Assembly (NCBI GenBank): GCA_003280005.1 | Contig: QCGH01000006.1 | Span: forward strand, 1,045 to 65,044 | Source: Pelagibacteraceae bacterium AG-365-D07 | GTDB lineage: Bacteria > Pseudomonadota > Alphaproteobacteria > Pelagibacterales > Pelagibacteraceae | Direction: 5' to 3' | DNA: 64,000 nt | Shown: positions 10,132 through 18,217 of the stretch, one piece after another | How the letters are laid out: each line of letters starts with the position of its first letter | How positions within the stretch are numbered: position 1 is the first letter of the stretch | The notes under the pieces: generated by a model | What the model was told of the DNA's origin: nothing | The model's input: the letters and a program-made list of their open reading frames with translations, nothing else | Databases searched by the model: none | Program-made: the position numbers and the translations under genes

Positions 10132-11184
10132 TCAAATATTTGAAAAATCTATAATTCCGTCATCAATCTTAATTTTATTTCCATCACAAACAAAGTGATC
10201 ATTATCTAATTCAACTCGCTTATGATTAATGGGATGGCGTATTACAGGATTTCCGTCTCGTTTATCAATTTTTTCTAAAATTGTTATTTCTCCATATAAC
10301 TCATATCTTGTGAATGGCAAACCATCCCTGTAAATAATTTTAGCTTTTGAATTTTTAAAATGGCTTTTTCTTAAAATTGGAAATCCTTTATGAAGTATTC
10401 TGTTTCTAGTAATTTTATTTGAAAACTCGTATGATGGCTCAATAATAATAATATATTTTGATGAAATTCTGATCATCTCATCAATTATTTTTTTTGCAAG
10501 AAGCGGAACTTGTTCGATACAAAATTGTGTATATGATACATCAAAAGAATTATCCTCGTATGGAATGTTGGATGCATCACATGCAATCAAATGACTAACA
10601 TGTGTATTTTTTTCTTCTAAAAAAGCTTTTCCGTGCTTAAGTCTATTCGGCGACAAATCTAGCGCAGAGATAAAATTTAAACTATTTGATTTTTTAATTA
10701 TTGGAAAAAGGGTCGTTAGTTCTCCAGCACCAATTTCAATTAAAGATTTTAAATTGTGATGATTGCAAAATTTAGAAACAATATTTATTGGTGGATCTAT
10801 AGATCTACCCCCTTTAATTAAATAAATTTTATTTTCATGATGGTTAAAAGCGGTGAAGTATTCTCTTTTTTGTGTTCCACCTTTTGTAGTGCCTTTGACT
10901 TCATGGTCGTAAAATAAATCAATGTAACTGCCTGCTATTTTTTCATATTTTTTTTTTACATTTTCTATTGATCTTTCCGCGTCATAAACAATTTTTTTTT
11001 TTATAAATAAATTTAGGAAGTTTATTAAGAGTCTCTTAATTGTTAATTTAAATATTCTATAAAAACTAAATTTATTTAGATATCGTATCTCTCCATTTAA
11101 AGGATCTTTTAATACATCATTAAAACTGACTTCATTGATCTCATTTAAAAATTCTGTATCTAACAATATTTGTTTTATATTCAT
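10132..11184 (-). CDS. class I SAM-dependent methyltransferase
   Basis: LIEIGAGE motif I, ALDLS, DASNIPYEDNSFDVSY, IIIEP. Confidence 0.85.
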   Translation of the reverse strand: MNIKQILLDTEFLNEINEVSFNDVLKDPLNGEIRYLNKFSFYRIFKLTIKRLLINFLNLFIKKKIVYDAERSIENVKKKYEKIAGSYIDLFYDHEVKGTTKGGTQKREYFTAFNHHENKIYLIKGGRSIDPPINIVSKFCNHHNLKSLIEIGAGELTTLFPIIKKSNSLNFISALDLSPNRLKHGKAFLEEKNTHVSHLIACDASNIPYEDNSFDVSYTQFCIEQVPLLAKKIIDEMIRISSKYIIIIEPSYEFSNKITRNRILHKGFPILRKSHFKNSKAKIIYRDGLPFTRYELYGEITILEKIDKRDGNPVIRHPINHKRVELDNDHFVCDGNKIKIDDGIIDFSNI

Positions 11185-11299
11185 TTAATTAGTTATGTTT
11201 TGTATTGCCAAAATAGCAAAAGTTAGAATTAACTTATCTTTTTAATGAAAGCAATAAATAAAATTTATTTAAACTTTAATTTTAGATAATACTTAATTG

Positions 11300-13162
11300 T
11301 TAATTTCCATTCATTGAAATAAAATTCAATAAATTATTTGAAATAATACTGTTTGATGAAACCTTAAAATGCGCTCCATCTATAAATAATTTTTCGTAAT
11401 AATTTTTATCACATTTTCTATCTGTACATAAAAAAGAGTATGTATCAAAAATATTAATATTATAATTATTTTTAAGCACATTAAATGTTTTGAAATCTTT
11501 TCTTTTTATTCTTTCATATTCTTTTAATAAATTTGATTTATTAAATATTTTTGTAATTGGATGTGGATATATCAGTAATATTTTTGTTTCTTTTGGAAGA
11601 ATTTTAAAAATTTCAGAAAGTTTATTTTCATCATAGTTGCCAGATGTTAATGAAATAACAAAATATTTTTTTTTGAAATTTTTAGATATTTCCCTAAAAC
11701 TATTGACTATTATTTTAGATTTATTATTACAATTAATATTCATATTCTCAGCAACATAGCAATTTTCGAATCTAGATTTATATATGGTCGATTTATTTAA
11801 CATACTAAATGCAGGCACAATGTGATCTCCAAAACTATTTCCAGCTATAAAAAATAAATTTTCACTTCCTTGATCTACTATACAATTAACTCCTCTTGAA
11901 AATGAAAAATTTTCATAGCTATTGCTGCATGTGTCATATGGTAGTATCCAATTATCATTTATATTATCATTTATACCAGGTATATTAAAACTTCTTACAA
12001 TTGGATAAAATTTAATTACATTTTGGTATAGAAAATTTCTAGTCTTATCTAAGAAAGTAATGTTATTAAATAAAAGTATTATAGAAAAAGTTACGATAAC
12101 ACTTAAGAATTTAATCAAAAAAATCGAATTATTATTTGTTTTATGTTTTTGATTAAATTTTATTTCAACATATTTATAACTTAAATGGGAAATTATTGTT
12201 GTAATTAAAAAAGAGGCTAGAAAATTTATTAAAATATTTTGATTATAAATTTTCAAAAAAGAAATGATTGGCAAATGCCACAAGAAAAAAGAAAATGATA
12301 TATTTCCATAATATATAAAAACATCATGAATTTTTGTTAAGTTATGTTTGTCGCTGAAAAATATTGTAAAAGATATAAATAAAACTGAAAAAATAATTAT
12401 TGTTTTATAACTTAAATTAGGAATTGTAAAATTTACTAAAATTAAAATAAGTATAAAAATTAAAACCAAAAAATTAAAATTTAATTTTCTTAACTTAAAT
12501 TTTTCAAAATTTAGTAGATATGCCAGAGATCCAAAAAAAAATTCCCAAAACCTTGAAAAGCTTGAGTAATAATCTGAAAGAAGCTTAGTATTTCCAAATA
12601 AAAATAGAAAAAATGATAGAATTGATATTAACACAAGGGCGAAAACCAAAGCATTAGTGTTCCTTTTAAAATTAATAAATTTATTTAACACAATGAATAT
12701 TAATCCAATTAATATATAGAATTGAATTTCATTACTTAATGACCATGTATGTTGAAGCCATTTTATTTTGTCGTCAAAATAATCAAGATTTGGAGTAAAA
12801 ATATAAAAAAAATTAGAGATTCCAAAAAATGATGATATGGATGAAAAAATTATTTGAATAAATTCGCCATCATTAAAACTAACAAAAATAAAGAAAGAAA
12901 TATTAAAAATTATTAAAAAACAAATTAATCCAGGATAAATACGTTTTATTCTTCTTAAAAAATATTTAAATATATCAAACCTATTATCTCTAATAGAATT
13001 GATGATTGAATTTGTAATTACATAACCAGAAATAATAAAAAAAATATCAACTCCAACGTATAAATATTTAAAAAATACTTGATCAAAATGAAAAAGGAAT
13101 ATTAGTATTACAGATAATCCTCTTAGAGATTGAATATCATTTCTTATATTTAATTTATCCAC
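11300..13162 (-). CDS. acyltransferase-3 / SGNH fusion O-acyltransferase (OafA-like)
   Basis: RNDIQSLRG, GVDIFFIISGY, RRIKRIYP, HTWSLSNE, RFWEF, LWHLP; C-terminal GNS and DGAH. Confidence 0.9.
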   Translation of the reverse strand: MDKLNIRNDIQSLRGLSVILIFLFHFDQVFFKYLYVGVDIFFIISGYVITNSIINSIRDNRFDIFKYFLRRIKRIYPGLICFLIIFNISFFIFVSFNDGEFIQIIFSSISSFFGISNFFYIFTPNLDYFDDKIKWLQHTWSLSNEIQFYILIGLIFIVLNKFINFKRNTNALVFALVLISILSFFLFLFGNTKLLSDYYSSFSRFWEFFFGSLAYLLNFEKFKLRKLNFNFLVLIFILILILVNFTIPNLSYKTIIIFSVLFISFTIFFSDKHNLTKIHDVFIYYGNISFSFFLWHLPIISFLKIYNQNILINFLASFLITTIISHLSYKYVEIKFNQKHKTNNNSIFLIKFLSVIVTFSIILLFNNITFLDKTRNFLYQNVIKFYPIVRSFNIPGINDNINDNWILPYDTCSNSYENFSFSRGVNCIVDQGSENLFFIAGNSFGDHIVPAFSMLNKSTIYKSRFENCYVAENMNINCNNKSKIIVNSFREISKNFKKKYFVISLTSGNYDENKLSEIFKILPKETKILLIYPHPITKIFNKSNLLKEYERIKRKDFKTFNVLKNNYNINIFDTYSFLCTDRKCDKNYYEKLFIDGAHFKVSSNSIISNNLLNFISMNGN

Positions 13163-13239
13163 TAAGTATAAATATTACAGATACAAAAAAAAATAAACTA
13201 AGAAAATATTTGGTTAGAAATTCCAAAAATGATATTTAA

Positions 13240-14655
13240 TCATTCAATAGATATGATGCCAATTGAAGCTGTATTTTCTAAAAACAGGAACAATTTACCA
13301 TTTTTGAAATTCATGTCTCGTACTCTTTCAAATACCTCTACTCTTTCGAACGCTGGTATCGTTTTATCTTTATTCAAATTAAAAAAGTACAAAGACTTGT
13401 CTTTCATAGAACTCACTACGTATTTAGCATCCCCTATTTTTGTTATCTCCGATATACCGATTGATGGTACAAATGCGTGAAGTGGTTCTATAAAACCATG
13501 ATCACTATGTGACTTGTATAAAGGATATTTTTTATACTTTTCAACATTTCCGGATTCATTCTTTCCTCCATAATGTTCTCCGTATGATGCTACTGCCCAT
13601 CCAAAATTTAACAAATTACCCTTGTTTATATCTTCTACCTCTATTAAATTTATTTCATCACCACCGTAAGGACCATGTTCTGTCTCTAAAACATAACCGT
13701 TATCTTTATCATAATATAATCCCTGAGGGTTTCTATGGCCCATAGATATTATATTGTAGTTTGCATCATTTATATTTATTTTTAAAATTTTACCATTAAC
13801 ACTTTCTTTGTTTTGAGAAAGATACCTAGCTCTATAATCTCCAACAGTTAATAGTATGTGGTTTTCATCAAAGTTTACTATTCTTCCGCCAGAAGTAACC
13901 ATACTAAATTCACCATCAAGGTTTTTTTCTTTTTTTTCTAATGAATAAACGCATTCTTTTGTCGAAAATAATTTTTTAAATTCAATATTTTGATAATTGA
14001 AATTTCCTACTAGCAAACTAGTATTCCAACAATCTTCTTTGATCTCGTCTGTAAAAGATACAAATATTTTATCATTATTTATGTATAAATCTTTTAGAGA
14101 ACCTTTTTTTATAAATTGATTAAAACCTATAAATTTATCAATGTTATGTTTAATTTGTTTGATTTGGGTAATTTGATCTAAATTATCTGAGTATCCTAAA
14201 ACTCCTCTGGAAGACAAAACTATCAAATTATTTGAATGAAAATCTAGGTAACCACTGCCTGCATATGTATTTGCTATGCCAGCATAAAAACCTTCAACTA
14301 GACGATTATTTTTAAGCACAAGACTGTTGCTTAATTCTTTTTCAGGCGTTTTTTCAATTTCTATATTTTGCAAACTTTGCTTGAATATTACTTCTAATTT
14401 ATTTGAAAATGTTTTAATTACATCTTGTTGTTGAAATACCTTACCGTCAAGTTCACCTATAGTATTTTCATGTTGCTTTATAACTTTATATGGAAAAATA
14501 TATTTTTTGATCAAATATTTTTGATCATTACTAAGTAAATCTGTGATGGTAGTTAATTTTTGTTTTCCAATAAGTGAATTTAGAACAAACCAAAAAGAAA
14601 ATGAGATCGTAATTAATATTAAAATTATAATTTTGTATTTTCTTGCTATTTTCAT
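13240..14655 (-). CDS. PQQ-dependent sugar dehydrogenase-like beta-propeller; paralog 2
   Basis: GHRNPQGL, TEHGPYGGDEIN, NFGW, PSIGISE, RVRD; N-terminal TM helix. Confidence 0.85.
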   Translation of the reverse strand: MKIARKYKIIILILITISFSFWFVLNSLIGKQKLTTITDLLSNDQKYLIKKYIFPYKVIKQHENTIGELDGKVFQQQDVIKTFSNKLEVIFKQSLQNIEIEKTPEKELSNSLVLKNNRLVEGFYAGIANTYAGSGYLDFHSNNLIVLSSRGVLGYSDNLDQITQIKQIKHNIDKFIGFNQFIKKGSLKDLYINNDKIFVSFTDEIKEDCWNTSLLVGNFNYQNIEFKKLFSTKECVYSLEKKEKNLDGEFSMVTSGGRIVNFDENHILLTVGDYRARYLSQNKESVNGKILKININDANYNIISMGHRNPQGLYYDKDNGYVLETEHGPYGGDEINLIEVEDINKGNLLNFGWAVASYGEHYGGKNESGNVEKYKKYPLYKSHSDHGFIEPLHAFVPSIGISEITKIGDAKYVVSSMKDKSLYFFNLNKDKTIPAFERVEVFERVRDMNFKNGKLFLFLENTASIGIISIE

Positions 14656-14903
14656 TAATAAATCAAAATTTTTAATTTTTGTTTAACGTAATTATACTAA
14701 TTTACAAGTTATTTTTTAAATTCAGAACATGTCAACATGACGCTTTTAAATTAGATAAATATCTCAGAAGAATAGTTAAAATATTAAATTTACTTATTAA
14801 AAAAATTTATTTATAAAGAAATTAAAGCTATTAATGAAATTAAACAATTTAATATTTAAACATTCAAATCTTGTAGGCTTTTTAAAGTCAGATTTTATTA
14901 AAA

Positions 14904-16205
14904 ATGTTAAAAAATAAAATTAAAGTTTTTTTAATTAGTGTATTTGTTATTTTCATAATTTTCTTAATTTCTATTAAGTTTAATCTATTTAATTTAAATA
15001 AATTTTATTATTTTAATTTACCAAGTAAATTGCAGCTTATAGCTAAGAATATAAATCAAAATTCTAAATCAGGCCAAGGATTATTTCATTTAATAAATAA
15101 TTTATTTAACGATTATAATGTTAAGTTTTTACCTAATACACAATTTATTGACTTAAATTATAAAACAAAAAAAATTTTATTTGATGAAAGTTTCGAAATA
15201 ACAAATGATAAAGTCGAATTTATAAATAAAACTGACCGACTTCAGACGCATTTTTTGAGTTTTTATATTGATATATTCAAGGATGATCTAATAGTTGCTG
15301 ATTATGTTGGCAATATTTACTTTATCAATTTCAATCAAATAAAAAATGATGAGAACACAATCACACCAAAAAAATTAAAGTCCAATCTTGAAGTTGATAA
15401 AGTTTTAGATATTTTTGTTCATAAAAACGAATTGTATGTTTCTTTTGCAAACATAATAAATGGTTGTTATAATTGGAACATATCAAAATCAGAGCTAAAC
15501 GAAGATAGTTTAAATTTTGTCAATATTTACTCTTCAAGAGAATGCACTAGTCAAAATTTCTATCAACCTCATGGTGGCAGAATGCAGAGCTACAATCATA
15601 ACAATGAATCTGGTATTTTGTTTACGGTTGGGGCTAACTCTCCAGAGGTAAAAGACAGCAGTTCTATTGTTGGCAAAATACTTTTTATATCATTCGATAA
15701 TTTTCAGGTTACAGAATTTTCTGAGGGACATAGAAATATGCAGGGATTATATGTGCATCAGAATACTATTTTTTCAACAGAACATGGGCCCAAAGGTGGT
15801 GACGAAATTAATAAAATCTTTTTTGGAAAGAATTACGGTTGGCCATATGCATCATATGGAGAACCTTATGGAACTAAAAGAAAAGAACCTGGATTTTTAA
15901 AAAGTCATATAGAATTTGGTTACGAGGAACCTTTATATATATTTTTAAAAGCTATTGGTATTTCAGAATTAATTTATATACCAGAAGAATTTTCGCCATT
16001 TTGGGGTGAAAATCTACTTGTGTCATCCTTGTGGGGTCAATCTATTTATAGAATGAAGTTTGATAAAAATTTTAATAAAAATTTATTTTATGAAAAAATT
16101 TATATTGGACAAAGAATTAGAGATTTAAAGTATCACAAAAACAGTAGATCAATACTTTTGGCGCTTGAAGAAGAAGGGGAATTGGCAATTATAAAAAGTA
16201 AATAA
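14904..16205 (+). CDS. PQQ-dependent sugar dehydrogenase-like beta-propeller; paralog 3
   Basis: GHRNMQGL, STEHGPKGGDEIN, NYGWP, RIRDL; N-terminal TM helix. Confidence 0.85.
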   Translation: MLKNKIKVFLISVFVIFIIFLISIKFNLFNLNKFYYFNLPSKLQLIAKNINQNSKSGQGLFHLINNLFNDYNVKFLPNTQFIDLNYKTKKILFDESFEITNDKVEFINKTDRLQTHFLSFYIDIFKDDLIVADYVGNIYFINFNQIKNDENTITPKKLKSNLEVDKVLDIFVHKNELYVSFANIINGCYNWNISKSELNEDSLNFVNIYSSRECTSQNFYQPHGGRMQSYNHNNESGILFTVGANSPEVKDSSSIVGKILFISFDNFQVTEFSEGHRNMQGLYVHQNTIFSTEHGPKGGDEINKIFFGKNYGWPYASYGEPYGTKRKEPGFLKSHIEFGYEEPLYIFLKAIGISELIYIPEEFSPFWGENLLVSSLWGQSIYRMKFDKNFNKNLFYEKIYIGQRIRDLKYHKNSRSILLALEEEGELAIIKSK

Positions 16206-16249
16206 ATAGTATTTGCTTTAATTATCTCATATTTTCTATTTAGATATCT

Positions 16250-16335
16250 TGGTGCGGTCAGAGAGACTCGAACTCTCATGGGCATAGCCCACACGGCCCT
16301 CAACCGTGCCTGTCTACCAATTTCAGCATGACCGC
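16250..16335 (-). tRNA. tRNA-Leu(GAG)
   Basis: Reverse complement GCGGTCATG...CACGG-TTGAGGG-CCGTG, long variable arm, GTTCGAG T-loop, encoded CCA. Confidence 0.96.
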
Positions 16336-16357
16336 TTTAATGCGTCAGATTAAATGA

Positions 16358-16386
16358 ATGACAATTCTAATTCAAGTTGATAAGTT
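16358..16386 (+). promoter_or_regulatory. putative sigma70 promoter of nadA (probably leaderless)
   Basis: ATGACA-N17-TAAGTT with TG extended -10, ending 6 nt before ATG 16393. Confidence 0.5.
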
Positions 16387-16392
16387 TTTGTT

Positions 16393-17382
16393 ATGGAAAT
16401 TTCTGCAGAAATTAAAAAATTTACTGATCCAATATACAAAAAAGTGTCCTCTACTATTCCAGAAATGGAGTGGGCAATGCACGCTCCTTATATTTATAAA
16501 ATTAATAAATTAAAGAAAGAGAAAAACGCGGTCATTTTAGCTCACAATTATCAAACACCTGAAATTTATCATGGAATTTCAGATTTCTCCGCAGATTCTT
16601 TGGCCTTGGCTGTCGAGGCTTCAAAAACAAAAGCCGATATAATTATAATGTGCGGTGTTCACTTTATGGCAGAAACGGCAAAATTAATGAGTCCAAATAA
16701 AAAAGTATTATTGCCTGACATGAGGGCTGGTTGCTCATTATCTTCTTCTATAACTGGAGAAGATGTTAGAAATTTAAAAAAACAATATCCAGGAGTGCCA
16801 GTAGTATCATATGTAAATACATCCGCAGATGTGAAAGCAGAGACAGATGTTTGTTGTACTTCTGCAAATGCAGTTAAAATTGTAAATTCATTAAAAGTAA
16901 ATAAAGTAATATTTTTACCAGACGATTATTTAGCAAAATATGTAGCTTCTCAAACTAATGTAGAAATAATTTCATGGAAAGGCACTTGTGAAGTTCACGA
17001 ACAATTTAATGATGTAGAAATTAATGAGATTAGAAGGAACAATCCTGGAATAAAAATTATAGCTCACCCAGAATGTCCGCCAGATGTCATTAAGGCCAGT
17101 GATTTTGCAGGGTCAACAAGTGGAATGATTAAATATGTAAAAGATAATCAACCCGAGAAAGTAATGATGGTAACCGAGTGTTCGATGAGCGATAATGTTC
17201 AAGTTGATAATCCAAATGTTAAATTTATAAGACCATGCAATCTTTGTCCTCACATGAAAAAAATTACACTTCCCAAAATTCTTGATTGTTTGGAAAAAGA
17301 ATCAAACGAAATAATTATGGATAATATTACTATTGAAAAAGCTAGAAATTCTGTTGAGAGAATGGTTAAAATTGGTCGCTAG
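16393..17382 (+). CDS. nadA: quinolinate synthase
   Basis: ILAHNYQ, CGVHFMAETAK, AGCSL, YVNTSA, AHPEC, CPHMK. Confidence 0.97.
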   Translation: MEISAEIKKFTDPIYKKVSSTIPEMEWAMHAPYIYKINKLKKEKNAVILAHNYQTPEIYHGISDFSADSLALAVEASKTKADIIIMCGVHFMAETAKLMSPNKKVLLPDMRAGCSLSSSITGEDVRNLKKQYPGVPVVSYVNTSADVKAETDVCCTSANAVKIVNSLKVNKVIFLPDDYLAKYVASQTNVEIISWKGTCEVHEQFNDVEINEIRRNNPGIKIIAHPECPPDVIKASDFAGSTSGMIKYVKDNQPEKVMMVTECSMSDNVQVDNPNVKFIRPCNLCPHMKKITLPKILDCLEKESNEIIMDNITIEKARNSVERMVKIGR

Positions 17383-17386
17383 ATCA

Positions 17387-18214
17387 GTGAATAAAATAAA
17401 TCAAAAATATATACATTCAGTAGTTAAAAAAGCTTTATCGGAAGACTTGTCTCCAAAAGGAGATTTAACAACTAAACTTATAACTAATAAAAATAAAATT
17501 GTTAAAGCAAAGATTATTGCAAAGCAAAATGGAGTTATATCTGGTTTAGATTTTTGCAAAACTGCTTTTAAAATTATAGGAAAAGAAACAATTTTTATTA
17601 AAAAAGTAAAAGATGGCAATAAAGTAAAATGCAATAAAGTTATCGCAGAAATTAAAGCTAAAACAAAAACTATATTGATAGCAGAAAGGACAGCACTTAA
17701 TTTTCTTAACCATGCATCTGGAATTTCAACTCTAACTAATAAATTTGTAAATAAAGTTAGTAATAAAATAAAAATTTGTTGTACGAGAAAAACAACACCT
17801 AATTTAAGATTGCTTGAAAAATATGCCGTAAAAAAAGGTGGTGGCTATAATCATAGATTTAATTTAAGTGATGAGATTTTAATTAAAGAAAATCACATTA
17901 GTTCGAGTGATAATTTAAAAAATTTATTGAATAATGCAATAAAAACAAAAAAAATAATCACTGTAGAAGTGGAAAATATAAATCAACTTAAACAAATTCT
18001 AGGATATAAATTTAAAAGAATTTTATTTGATAATATGAATCCTAAACAATTAAAAAAATGTGTAAAACTTTGCAATAAGAATTATGAAACTGAGTATTCA
18101 GGAAATACTACTTTAAAAAATATAAACAAAATTTCTAACACCGGGATTAATAGAATATCTGTTGGATTAATAACTCATAGTGCTAAAAGTTTTGATACAA
18201 GTTTATTAATCTAG
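17387..18214 (+). CDS. nadC: nicotinate-nucleotide diphosphorylase (quinolinate phosphoribosyltransferase)
   Basis: ERTALNF, TRKTTP, NHRFNLSD, VEVE. Start moved to the in-frame GTG 4 nt after the nadA stop. Confidence 0.95.
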   Translation: MNKINQKYIHSVVKKALSEDLSPKGDLTTKLITNKNKIVKAKIIAKQNGVISGLDFCKTAFKIIGKETIFIKKVKDGNKVKCNKVIAEIKAKTKTILIAERTALNFLNHASGISTLTNKFVNKVSNKIKICCTRKTTPNLRLLEKYAVKKGGGYNHRFNLSDEILIKENHISSSDNLKNLLNNAIKTKKIITVEVENINQLKQILGYKFKRILFDNMNPKQLKKCVKLCNKNYETEYSGNTTLKNINKISNTGINRISVGLITHSAKSFDTSLLI

Positions 18215-18217
18215 TTC

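Noticed and set aside
14732-14749. TCAACATGACGCTTTTAA resembles TCAGCATGACCGCTTTAA at the tRNA-Leu 5' end (possible att scar)
   Set aside because: Short and gapped, matches the 5' rather than the usual 3' end, and is also explicable as a -35-like TGACG element
17333-17386. ORF-track N-terminal extensions of nadC (also thiE 55968-56015 and tilS 42504-42536)
   Set aside because: They overlap upstream genes extensively; downstream in-frame starts fit operon coupling better
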